The notes: a model not told the origin generated them from the letters alone. A stretch of 64,000 nt of DNA from an uncultured virus (IMG/VR IMGVR_UViG_3300036836_000008) (IMGVR_UViG_3300036836_000008); one strand, 5' to 3'. Shown: positions 18,751 to 27,538, counted from the stretch's first letter. A program made the numbers and translations.

Positions 18751-18884
18751 CGAGGCACTAGGGATTCGAACCCTAATCCTGGGCCACTTTTTCCCTGCTA
18801 CTCCGTTCGATGCCACCCACGGTGGTCTTAGACTACTAGTTTCGCAGGTACTCGGCGGCCCTGTGCTACCATACACTATACCTC
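18751..18884 (-). ncRNA. tRNA-like RNA with 71-nt insertion replacing the anticodon loop
   Basis: D arm, GGGCC/GGCCC stem, T arm TAGGG-TTCGAAT-CCCTA. Confidence 0.65.
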
Positions 18885-18936
18885 TCACTCAGGTAGCTAG
18901 TCTGAGTGCAGCTACAGATTGATCAGATCTGCAACG

Positions 18937-19057
18937 TGGACCGAGAGGGATTCGAACCCTCTTACGCGCGCTCTCTCCTGAAAACTGAAAAGAATAATGT
19001 CACCATTGACTGTGTACATCAGCCTGGAAACCTATTCTACCAGAGTTCGATCGGCCC
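18937..19057 (-). ncRNA. Ala-identity tRNA-like RNA with pseudoknot
   Basis: GGGCCGA/TCGGTCC-A (G3.U70), T arm, AGAATAG/TTATTCT pairing. Confidence 0.65.
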
Positions 19058-19068
19058 TAGTTTTTGCG

Positions 19069-19137
19069 TGGACAACAGTGGATTTGAACCACTCAGGACG
19101 TTCCTCCGAAGAGGAGCCCTGCTCACCTAGATCGCCC
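19069..19137 (-). ncRNA. minimal Ala-identity tRNA-like RNA (tmRNA TLD-like)
   Basis: GGGCGAT/GTTGTCC-A (G3.U70), stemless D loop, UUCG-capped arm, T arm. Confidence 0.65.
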
Positions 19138-19141
19138 TAGT

Positions 19142-19179
19142 GCCGGTTCCTACATTGATTAAAGGGAGGTAAAACCGGC
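19142..19179 (-). repeat. covarying hairpin with anti-SD loop, copy 1
   Basis: GCCGGTT-TTACCTCCC...AATGTA..-AACCGGC. Confidence 0.6.
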
Positions 19180-19187
19180 TGAACTTA

Positions 19188-19673
19188 TTACCTTAATAGG
19201 AACCAAGTACCACACCTATTCCACTTTGACTCATTACAGTCTTTGCAAGCCCTAACAAAATTATACCAAATATTAGATCCACCCTTACTCACAGGAAAGT
19301 AATGATCATCGTGCATAATAGGTTTTACTGCCCCACAGTACCTACAGGAATCCTTAGCGATGGCTTTTCTATATTCTCTAGAAATTAAAGCATCTTTGGG
19401 ATCTAACTTGAGAAGACGGTTTTTATACACAGATTTATAGTAACGATTTAATTCAGGATTAGCTTTCCTGTACGCTGCCTTATAAGACTTAATATCTTCA
19501 GCATTAGCCTCTCTATAGGCTTTACGTTTAACTAATACTGTGTCTCTATTTTTAACATAGTAGGTTTTGTTGTAGTTCTGCCTACATTCTTTGCAAGTGT
19601 TTCTACGCCCGTTGCCATCCTTGGCAAAACTGTCCAGTGATTTAGAGACACCGCACTTATTACAAGTTTTCAT
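19188..19673 (-). CDS. HNH endonuclease
   Basis: CxxC N-terminus, CRYCG..DHYFP..GG.N...N...AC..CN. Confidence 0.9.
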   Translation of the reverse strand: MKTCNKCGVSKSLDSFAKDGNGRRNTCKECRQNYNKTYYVKNRDTVLVKRKAYREANAEDIKSYKAAYRKANPELNRYYKSVYKNRLLKLDPKDALISREYRKAIAKDSCRYCGAVKPIMHDDHYFPVSKGGSNIWYNFVRACKDCNESKWNRCGTWFLLR

Positions 19674-19752
19674 GTCACTCCTAGTAGGGTAGGAAGGGAC
19701 AGGCCCTACCCTGTCCCTAACCCATCTTACTACAGAAGTAAGACAATTTCAA

Positions 19753-19786
19753 CTCAGTTCATACATTTTTGGGAGGTAAAACTGAG
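19753..19786 (-). repeat. covarying hairpin with anti-SD loop, copy 2
   Basis: CTCAGTT-TTACCTCCC..AATGTA..-AACTGAG. Confidence 0.6.
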
Positions 19787-20215
19787 CCAACTCCGTCCCT
19801 GGTGCTTCTAGTCTAACACATCGGTTCGTACTGTCAAGCTCTACCGCATACCTGCTTGTGGAGGGTTAACCTTAATCATAGTATCGTAGGTAATTCCCGC
19901 AGGTTGAATAGGAAGCTCTACAGGCGTGTAGTATTCTGGGTTCCTAGACTGGGATGCAAAATCAAGTGCATCCTGCTCGCTAGCAAATACGCCATACTCG
20001 GCCATGTACTTGTTCAGATAAAAGAGAATCCATACTGTCTGCATGCTCATCAGCCTATACCATACTCGACAGACTGTCAAGGCTTCTTTCGCTTCTGCTT
20101 GCTGACATTGCTGTTGCCGTGATCAGGATTGCCCGCAGGTCTTGATCTACCTGTTGGGTGACAGTTCAAGCATGTGCCCATTTTATTCAAGAAAGCCGCA
20201 CAACGAGGACAGATA

Positions 20216-20659
20216 TCACTTTTCGCCATTAGCTCTACCCTCATCTCTACGCCTGATTTTCTCAGCATCGTAATGGATAGTCTCTGTCGGTATGCCAGCA
20301 GCCTTAGCTGCGTTACGGCAGTGTAGCGTGCCCCTAGAATTGTCTCTGAGGAACGCTAGGCAGGCATCAGGCATGCTGCGTACCATCCGCATATTACGCT
20401 TTATTCCAGCGCTGCGTCCATGCATCGCCCAATCAGCCTCATAGATTTCGATTTTGCACTTAAGTACATCTCGTGCGAATCTATCAGCTAAGAAATCTGC
20501 TCCACGAGGACAACCACCATGAACTAGCGTAAACCAGTTGATAGGACCAGATTCATATTCAGGATGATCCTTGACCCACTCTAGAATAACTCTAGTGATT
20601 TCTTCAACTATAGTATCATAGTCATCCCAATCACGAGAGCCTGTAATTAATAGTCTCAT
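20216..20659 (-). CDS. SLOG/DUF2493 (YspA-like) protein
   Basis: LITGSRDW, VHGGCPRGAD, AG..RN..M, SRGT. Confidence 0.8.
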   Translation of the reverse strand: MRLLITGSRDWDDYDTIVEEITRVILEWVKDHPEYESGPINWFTLVHGGCPRGADFLADRFARDVLKCKIEIYEADWAMHGRSAGIKRNMRMVRSMPDACLAFLRDNSRGTLHCRNAAKAAGIPTETIHYDAEKIRRRDEGRANGEK

Positions 20660-20746
20660 AAGTCTCCATTAAGCCATAGAAACAGCAATAGCCCTAACCC
20701 TACTAGGATCAGAGCTATACCAAAAATCATTACTACAGTGCTCATG

Positions 20747-20848
20747 CTACCATCTATCTATAGCTCGATCACCTATGCCGCCTAGGTGGGGGCAATTTCG
20801 TCCATACCTCAGACGGCAGTATACTGCTGCAATAAAATGCTTTAACAT
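20747..20848 (-). CDS. 33-aa peptide starting at tRNA-Glu 3' end
   Basis: MLKHFIAAVYC...; stop followed after 1 nt by the next ATG. Confidence 0.4.
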   Translation of the reverse strand: MLKHFIAAVYCRLRYGRNCPHLGGIGDRAIDRW

Positions 20849-20849
20849 G

Positions 20850-20924
20850 TAGAATCGACGGGATTCGAACCCGCATCATCCTGATTGAAAGTCAGGGGAC
20901 TTAGTCCATTTAGTCTACGATTCC
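20850..20924 (-). tRNA. tRNA-Glu(TTC)
   Basis: CCTGA-CTTTCAA-TCAGG. Confidence 0.9.
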
Positions 20925-20928
20925 ATGG

Positions 20929-21037
20929 CCCTATCTGGCTGGCCTTGTCCAGCGTTGAGCTATCACCTCAACTGGTCTTGAGAGTACTTTAGTCTGAACG
21001 TGATAGGCTCAATTCATTTCCTCTACACCACATAGGG
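20929..21037 (-). ncRNA. structured RNA with long central arm
   Basis: CCCTAT/ATAGGG, TTGAGC(C)TATCAC/GTGATAGCTCAA, GCTGG/CCAGC. Confidence 0.45.
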
Positions 21038-21100
21038 ATGGCTGACAGGTAAAGTGCTTTTAACGTTGCGACCTGTCATTCACAACAAAGGGTGGGTACC

Positions 21101-21277
21101 CTAAAAATCAAATTCATTCTTCTTAACGCCTGCAATAAATGCTCGCCACTCATCTAGAGTATAACGACACTCATTGCCGAACAGATCATATACAACAACA
21201 GTACCTGGCTCAGACACTGCGTCAACCTCAACACAGGTTCCTGAGGCACAAAATGATGACTTAATTTTATTCTGCAT
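21101..21277 (-). CDS. DUF397 protein (BldB/AbaA-like), 58 aa
   Basis: KSSFC.SGTCVEV...EWRAFIAGVKKNEFD; below ORF-track cutoff. Confidence 0.8.
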   Translation of the reverse strand: MQNKIKSSFCASGTCVEVDAVSEPGTVVVYDLFGNECRYTLDEWRAFIAGVKKNEFDF

Positions 21278-21278
21278 G

Positions 21279-21349
21279 TAGCCCGACGGGGAATCGAACC
21301 CCGACCGTGAGACTGAGAACCTCGTGTTCTACCATTAAACTACCGGGCC
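21279..21349 (-). tRNA. tRNA-Glu(CTC)
   Basis: cloverleaf, loop TTCTCAG. Confidence 0.8.
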
Positions 21350-21416
21350 ATTCTGTGAGCGAAACGCTTAGTCAACATACCCGGGATGCTACTTGCCTGT
21401 CTCGCTCACATGGACT

Positions 21417-21445
21417 ACTTTACTACGTTGTTGAGCTGCTGTCAA
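21417..21445 (-). promoter_or_regulatory. sigma70-type promoter
   Basis: TTGACA-N17-TAAAGT. Confidence 0.6.
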
Positions 21446-21590
21446 CCCCTACTTCTAGGGCCTTTGCTGTCTTTACGCTTAGAAGCTTCATTTAAGGCTT
21501 TGGAACATCCTGTATAAGTAAACTTACCATTACCAGCATGCCCTGAATTGCCTGTCATGTTCTTAGCGTTTTGATTAACTTTCTTACCCA

Positions 21591-21911
21591 TTACTTGAGT
21601 CCTAGTTCCTTCAATGCGAGATCATGGCTTGCATGACGTAGGCAATATTCTGGAATCCAAATCTTGTACTTGAACTTTTTCTCTATCTCAGAGTAATAGA
21701 TTTCAATGTTAACAGGCTTTGACATTCCATCAGAATCGATAAATGCATTGCGCTTCTCTAGATTAGGTAGCACTGCTGGAATGTTCTCGTATCGAATGCT
21801 TACCCATTCACCTTTTTCTCGGCGAGAGAATAGGCCAAACCCATTTGTAACCATTAAGATAAATACAAATAGTACTAACCATCCCCAATTAGCCTCTAAA
21901 AATTCTCCCAT
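21591..21911 (-). CDS. membrane-anchored protein starting at tRNA-Leu 3' end
   Basis: MGEFLEANWGWLVLFVFILMV... Confidence 0.6.
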   Translation of the reverse strand: MGEFLEANWGWLVLFVFILMVTNGFGLFSRREKGEWVSIRYENIPAVLPNLEKRNAFIDSDGMSKPVNIEIYYSEIEKKFKYKIWIPEYCLRHASHDLALKELGLK

Positions 21912-21912
21912 G

Positions 21913-21986
21913 TGCTCACGGTGGGATTCGAACCCACACTGTACCGATTTTAAGTCGGTTGCCTCCTGCCTTTGGGCTACGCGAGC
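21913..21986 (-). tRNA. tRNA-Leu(TAA) (bldA-equivalent anticodon)
   Basis: ACCGA-CTTAAAA-TCGGT, A73. Confidence 0.9.
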
Positions 21987-21991
21987 TTGTC

Positions 21992-22075
21992 GGAAGAGAT
22001 GGAGTTTAGCATGTCGGTAATGCCCGGCCAAAGCCTGTGATTCAGCCGCAGGTGCCCGCTAAACATATCTCTTCC
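21992..22075 (-). ncRNA. structured RNA upstream of tRNA-Leu
   Basis: GGAAGAGAT/ATCTCTTCC and GTTTAGC/GCTAAAC stems with branched top. Confidence 0.45.
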
Positions 22076-22393
22076 AAAGACACAACCTGAGGGATATTAT
22101 CCAAGGCGCTCAGGTTGGGTAAAATTAATTAGGGTTTTCGATAGTAAGGATTTCACCGTGAGATTCGATACGGTCAACAGTAACCACATCATCAGGGGCA
22201 AACCAGAACTGCTTAATGCAAGGAATTAACCCTTCAGCCATAGCCCACAATACAGTAGGATCGTAGGTATTACCTGTAATACCGATTGCTGTACTTGTTG
22301 TACCTGATGCGTTAACGAAATATACCATATACATTCCGCCGTTGACGTGGTTGACTGCCATTTAATTATCCTAACTATTCGGTTAACCTAACG

Positions 22394-22467
22394 TGACTCC
22401 GGTCAGATTCGAACTGACACTACTCAGGGTCTAAGCCTGATTCCTCTACCATTTGGGATACGGAGCC
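22394..22467 (-). tRNA. tRNA-Leu(TAG), short variable loop
   Basis: TCAGG-CTTAGAC-CCTGA. Confidence 0.85.
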
Positions 22468-22502
22468 ATAGAAGAGATAAGTATCTGAGCTTTTGAATTA
22501 AG

Positions 22503-22586
22503 TACCCGTGACAGGATTCGAACCTGCACGCCTTGCGGCATTGGAGCCTAAATCCAACGTGTCTCCCTAATTTCCACCACACGGGC
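22503..22586 (-). tRNA. tRNA-Leu(TAG), long variable arm
   Basis: TTGGA-TTTAGGC-TCCAA. Confidence 0.85.
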
Positions 22587-22931
22587 ATAAGGTAAGGAAT
22601 CCACAGGAGCATGGGATTCACATGGTCGGCGTGGCTACCGCTCTTACTTACCTTGAGTATTCAATTAGATTTGATCGTGAGAGCCGTACCAGCAGTATTC
22701 GCAAAGCCATAGCATAACTATTTCATCACGGATCTCTGCCAGGAAAGGATCTTCAGTGTAGACAACTACACCTTCACCTTTCTTGAGCTTCCATCGGCCC
22801 AACCAGTCTTCCTCGGTACCTACTGGATAAATCTTACCATCGCAGAAGTCACCTTGACAAGCTCTATATTGCATGTTATTTCTCCTAAGTTAGTAGTAAA
22901 CGTCTCTTGTCACGTACTAACTTAGATCTTT

Positions 22932-23498
22932 TCAACTGAAGTGCTTACGAACCTCGGCAAGTGCTGCTGACATTTCTTTGACTTGCTCACTCAATCCTAC
23001 CAGAGATGCCTGCATCTTGGCAAGTTCATCTGTCAACTTCTTGATTCTAACATCCTGCTCATCAACATAAGGCCAAGGTTGCTGTACGCCAAGCCTAGCG
23101 TCTGGTAGAAACTGCTCATACGGTGCTGGCTTATCTGGAGCTGGCTTAGCGAATACCATCCAAGGTGTAAACTTACGTCCAGCTCCGGTAAAGATCTTAT
23201 ATGCAATAGCTACATTAGTAGCTGGATCTCTCCAACGTCCTCCTGCGGCCTGAATCTTAGGATACTGCCAGCGTCCGGATAGTTGGAAAATGCCGTGATC
23301 TCGATTACCAATACTACCAGGATCAGATGTTAATGGTGCAGTAGTACGAGAAATAGCTTCTGAATCTGCACTAGATTCCGCTAAAGCAACAGCGACAGCA
23401 ACTACTGCCTCAGAATCAGAAGTTCCAGGAACTATAGTAGTCTTGCTGAATCCTGCCTTAATGACAAGATCTGCTACTTCATGCGGAGATAGCTTCAT
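22932..23498 (-). CDS. lytic transglycosylase-like (SLT/lysozyme fold) protein
   Basis: AVAVALAESS...D.GIFQ...DPATN...A..I....F.PW; C-terminal coiled coil. Confidence 0.7.
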   Translation of the reverse strand: MKLSPHEVADLVIKAGFSKTTIVPGTSDSEAVVAVAVALAESSADSEAISRTTAPLTSDPGSIGNRDHGIFQLSGRWQYPKIQAAGGRWRDPATNVAIAYKIFTGAGRKFTPWMVFAKPAPDKPAPYEQFLPDARLGVQQPWPYVDEQDVRIKKLTDELAKMQASLVGLSEQVKEMSAALAEVRKHFS

Positions 23499-23623
23499 AA
23501 AATAATCCTAACTAAAATAACTTACCATAGCTCCTGCTACACTTACTGCAACAAATAGAAAAAGGATTACGAGAAACACGATAAAGCTAGGCTTATCTTC
23601 ACGTTTCATAGTAATCCTCCTGC

Positions 23624-23709
23624 TGGCATAGGCGGAGGGATTCGAACCCCCATAGAGCATCCGCTCACGGTTTTGGAGACCGCTGCATTCCCAATTATGC
23701 TACGCCCAT
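23624..23709 (-). tRNA. tRNA-Trp(CCA) with long variable arm, CCA encoded
   Basis: GCGGT-CTCCAAA-ACCGT, GAGC-GGAT-GCTC extra arm, G73. Confidence 0.85.
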
Positions 23710-23759
23710 AAGTGAGTTTCAATTTAAAATCTGCTACAGAAACTCTAACTCTCGCATTG

Positions 23760-23834
23760 ATGCGGAGGCTGGATTCGAACCAGCGGCCTTCAGCATATGA
23801 AACTGACGAGCACTCCGAGCTGCTCCACCCCGCA
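23760..23834 (-). tRNA. tRNA-Met(CAT), initiator-like 5' half
   Basis: TGCGGGGTGGAGCAGC..., loop TTCATAT. Confidence 0.8.
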
Positions 23835-23847
23835 ATGTGATGTACCT

Positions 23848-23876
23848 ATTCTAGTACATCGGTTATTATTTGTCAA
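23848..23876 (-). promoter_or_regulatory. sigma70-type promoter
   Basis: TTGACA-N17-TAGAAT. Confidence 0.65.
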
Positions 23877-23877
23877 G

Positions 23878-23949
23878 TACCGACCCTCGGATTTGAACCG
23901 AGACCTACCAGGGTATGAATCTGGCGCTCTACCATTAAGCTAGACCGGC
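23878..23949 (-). tRNA. tRNA-Met/Ile2(CAT)
   Basis: CCAGA-TTCATAC-CCTGG. Confidence 0.85.
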
Positions 23950-24559
23950 TTAGCTGTTTCCAGCTTACAGCAAATCCTCATCGTTGTCAAGTCGATCTAT
24001 TCCACCGATCAACTCTACAATCCTTGTAGGCTTGTTGTCGATTCTGACAGTAATATTCAATACGTGATGCTCATAATCAGGATCGATTAACCAACGAGTC
24101 TCCACATAAGGTACTACAGTAGGCAGGTTATGCGTAGCTACTATGTCGTCAGACTTAGTAACTCTGCGAAGTCTATCGGCAGCTTGAATCTCAGTATTGC
24201 TCACGCTTGGCCTGCTTCCTGTTGTACTTCTTCTTGTTACGGTGCTTACTGGACGCGCTAGAACGGCGAAGCTCTAGGAGCCGACGCAGCTCTTCACGAT
24301 CCATCTTAGTTTTGATGTACTGCATTGTCAACCCCTATCGCTTTCGTCTTCAGCAATCCATGATCGGATTACCTTCATTGTCTACAGGAAAGTAATTCCC
24401 GGCCTCTACGTTATCACGCACCTGACGCTTAAGTCTAGTAGCACGTCGAGAAAACTCTGCCTGCTCTCGTACTGTCATCAGTGATCCATTAAGTTCGATC
24501 ATCCTGACAATAGCGTCCATCTGATGAAGCAGCTCATCAATCTTTGTCATAGCCTCATC

Positions 24560-24871
24560 CTAACGTATCTGGTTGATGCTGTCAAGGTTTCCGTACGGAG
24601 CCCTGAACTGATCAAGATAACTCCTGGTCACAGCCACATCGCTCCACACGATCTGAGTCTTGCCTCCGTGACCGTGGATGTATTCCACATCTTCAATGGA
24701 ATTATACCACGCTACAGAAGATGTGCTAGTAAGCCATACCATAACACAAGTTCCGTCATCAAACTGAATACCGTTCGCTACAATACCTGTTCCAGACACA
24801 CCGGTTTCATCTTCAATCCTGTCTAGGAGGAATCTTCTCATCTTCAGATTTATCCTTGTCTGGCTTGGCAT
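24560..24871 (-). CDS. hypothetical phage protein
   Basis: R.EDETGVSGTG.VA.G..F.DG...W...IHGHGG.T motif. Confidence 0.7.
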   Translation of the reverse strand: MPSQTRINLKMRRFLLDRIEDETGVSGTGIVANGIQFDDGTCVMVWLTSTSSVAWYNSIEDVEYIHGHGGKTQIVWSDVAVTRSYLDQFRAPYGNLDSINQIR

Positions 24872-25270
24872 AGCTGTCGAAAATGTTGTTAAGTTCTTTT
24901 AGAAGAGTTACGGCTTTATTCCTATCCTCTTCTGACATCTCGTCCCAATCAATTATTTCTTTCCTCTTCGGCATGCTTCCTCCTCATAGTTACACTCATC
25001 CATTCTCCTGGACCCAGCATAAGAGTATCGACAGCAGCCTGAGGTAACTCAAATGCGTCAAAGTCGTATCCAGCAGCATCAGCCATACGCATAACCATAA
25101 GAGCATTACCTACAGAAATAATAGAATGCAATTCCTCTACCTCATCCGCAAGGCAGGCCCAGATTTCTCCACACTCAAATCCTCGCATGAAATCTTCGTC
25201 AGGAGTATCAAATTCGAGAAGAAAGTCTTCGGAATCAAGATGTGCCTTGATTCCTCTCTTTCCTGGCTGT

Positions 25271-25603
25271 TCAGCTCTCATCGGCCTTTGCCCTTCTGAT
25301 GCCGTAATTCTTTCCTCGCTTCTGACCTACCCAACGCCCACTGACAACTCCATGATCAATCAAAGAGTTAAGAGCTAAGTCAAGAAAATCTGCTACAAAT
25401 ATAGGATACCTTACACCTGTAATGACATCCTTTAGATGAAGGTATTTAGCAGATCTGCCAGAAGTCACTCCCTCTTCTATACTCATCGTCGCATGAAAGA
25501 CATCATTATCGTGCCATTCTGCGTCATAAGACGGATAGTGATCTAATTGAACTTGATTTAGGTAGTTTTGGCTGAACGGAAGCTTATAATCTCCACGTGC
25601 CAA
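25271..25603 (-). CDS. hypothetical phage protein
   Basis: GRSAKY...KRGKNYGI. Confidence 0.65.
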   Translation of the reverse strand: MARGDYKLPFSQNYLNQVQLDHYPSYDAEWHDNDVFHATMSIEEGVTSGRSAKYLHLKDVITGVRYPIFVADFLDLALNSLIDHGVVSGRWVGQKRGKNYGIRRAKADES

Positions 25604-25606
25604 TTT

Positions 25607-26545
25607 TTAACTCACCTTCTGTTCGCACAACGGACAAGTGCCAGCATCTACCAACACTTGGTGAAGTTCTTCTTCTGCTGTGATTATAGCAGAGTCTTGT
25701 TCTTCAATGCTAGCAGAAAGTTTGGCAATCTCTTTAACAGACAAGGCTGCGGCGCGTACAAGGCTCTTGAAGTTCTCTAGTTTTTTGTGTGCATCTAGAA
25801 GAGGGCCTATCTCAGGCTCATCTGCTATTTCTTTAAATCCTACAAGGGCTTCAGAAGCCCTGTCTGCGTTAGCTACGACTCTACCCAGTTCAGCAAGCTG
25901 CCTATCAAGATCCTTGGCTGTCTCAAGTTTAAGTTCTGCTTCTGCAATAGCCTTAGCTTGTTTGGGTAAACTACCATACCCCTTAAGTTGAGTAGTAACT
26001 TGATCGAGATCTTTCTTTCGCAGATTCAATACTCCTGATGCTACCTTGACTTTACCGTTAGCTTTTTTAACCGCTTCAAAGATGGTGGACACGTTAGTCA
26101 ACTCACCAAGAATTCTAGCTACATTGCTAGCACCATCTTTAAGCAGATACGGTGCATCGAACTGTCCTGCGAAGTTTATTGAATCTACTTCTTTGGTGCT
26201 CGGCGTGATACCAAGTATGCTCGTAATTTCGGTAGGAACTTGACGATTAAGCTTAGTATAGCTGGATTCTTTGCCGCCCAGCGCAGCAACTTTGTAAGTA
26301 GAGCTGGCATTTGTCTCCCTTTCGATTGTAACAGTATGAGTATCAGTTCTTACTGATACTGCTGCTTTTTTTGTTCCTTGTGTTATGTAATCGGAGTCCA
26401 GTTGATTAGATGCTACGGCCTTCAAGGCTCTAGTAAAAGCAGACTTACCTGAACTGGACGCTCCGACGATTACTGTAAGCTTACCAAGTTCTACGTTAAC
26501 ATCGTGTAAGCTCTGGAAGTTCTTGATACGAATTGAATTAATCAC
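25607..26545 (-). CDS. SbcC/Rad50-like ATPase N-terminal half ending in zinc hook
   Basis: IKNFQS, Walker A GASSSGKS, Q-loop FAGQFD, coiled coil, terminal CPLC; no signature or Walker B. Confidence 0.85.
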   Translation of the reverse strand: MINSIRIKNFQSLHDVNVELGKLTVIVGASSSGKSAFTRALKAVASNQLDSDYITQGTKKAAVSVRTDTHTVTIERETNASSTYKVAALGGKESSYTKLNRQVPTEITSILGITPSTKEVDSINFAGQFDAPYLLKDGASNVARILGELTNVSTIFEAVKKANGKVKVASGVLNLRKKDLDQVTTQLKGYGSLPKQAKAIAEAELKLETAKDLDRQLAELGRVVANADRASEALVGFKEIADEPEIGPLLDAHKKLENFKSLVRAAALSVKEIAKLSASIEEQDSAIITAEEELHQVLVDAGTCPLCEQKVS

Positions 26546-26693
26546 TTCACTTCCCTATTGCAAATCAAGCAATAAATCTTTCCACCATTGATATTTTGCT
26601 TAGTAGAAATTCCATGATTTTTACAATTAGCTACGACGTCTTTTTCTCGATGTTTAGCTTGGTACTTAGTCATTAGATTCTCCTAATACGCAG

Positions 26694-26722
26694 AAAAGAC
26701 CACCCCGTAGGGTGGCCTCTTC
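26694..26722 (-). terminator. intrinsic terminator
   Basis: GGCCACC-CTACGG-GGTGGTC followed by TTTT. Confidence 0.55.
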
Positions 26723-26925
26723 AGTATATCACAGTTCAACAGACTCTACACTAACTTTGCCTGTATCAGTATCTAGACTACAGTGCAAGGTTACTTCATA
26801 GAAGGGTCTCCCGATCATTTGAGCAAATTGTTCAGAGTCCATATCTAAATCTATTTGATCTAGAATCATCTCTGCACGTTCGCGGCCTGTAGCGTCATCA
26901 TGCAGATAGTACTTGAATGGGACCT

Positions 26926-27273
26926 TCACCATTCACGACCTTCCCAGGCAATTCTACGGTGAATATGTCTTGTACGGTTGTCTTCTATTATTGCGTAGTT
27001 CTTCTTACGGCTTCTACGTGACTCTGTCAGATTCTTCGCCTGAGCTAATGTCTTGAACTTAGCTCTACGTGGTGCATGACACCTACAATAACCAAATCTA
27101 ACATCATGCTCAACCAGCATAGCAACCTTACGCCACTGAGAATCGTTAGTCTTCCTCGGAGGCTTGAATGCTGTACCCATGAAAGTCATAGGCTCATGAC
27201 AATGAGGGCAGGTATGAGTTTGCTTAGCGGAGAATCTACACGGAATGCACGTATGTACTACATTACTAGGCAT
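26926..27273 (-). CDS. Cys-rich hypothetical protein
   Basis: CxxC..CxxC, MG.AFKPPRK...W. Confidence 0.6.
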   Translation of the reverse strand: MPSNVVHTCIPCRFSAKQTHTCPHCHEPMTFMGTAFKPPRKTNDSQWRKVAMLVEHDVRFGYCRCHAPRRAKFKTLAQAKNLTESRRSRKKNYAIIEDNRTRHIHRRIAWEGREW

Positions 27274-27296
27274 TGTTATCTCCTAAAATATTAAAG

Positions 27297-27366
27297 TGCC
27301 CCGCCCGGGAGTCGAACCCGGAAGTCCTGGTTTAGAAGACCTGGATGTGTATCCGTCACGCAAGGC
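27297..27366 (-). tRNA. tRNA-Arg(TCT), compact D region
   Basis: loop CTTCTAA, CCGGG-TTCGACT-CCCGG. Confidence 0.7.
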
Positions 27367-27371
27367 ATGGG

Positions 27372-27443
27372 TGCATTGGGCGGATTCGAACCGCATCTTT
27401 CCCTCGAATATCGAGAACGCATTGCCCTAATGCTATCCAACGC
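27372..27443 (-). tRNA. atypical tRNA/pseudo-tRNA with TAT triloop
   Basis: acceptor, D and T arms present; CTCGA-TAT-TCGAG, no U33. Confidence 0.5.
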
Positions 27444-27450
27444 TAACAGG

Positions 27451-27538
27451 GTGCCAGCCCTGCTTTTACCATTACAGCAGCTACGATAGTTACTTGCGGA
27501 CAAGCCACAAGCACTTACCCAATAACCCATGCTGGCAC
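27451..27538 (-). ncRNA. permuted tRNA-like RNA (D arm at 3' side)
   Basis: GTGCCAGC/GCTGGCAC terminal stem; CTGCT-GTAATGGTAAA-AGCAG. Confidence 0.4.

Noticed and set aside
18937..19137. Complete or two-piece tmRNA
   Set aside because: Each unit has its own closed acceptor stem; no tag reading frame found
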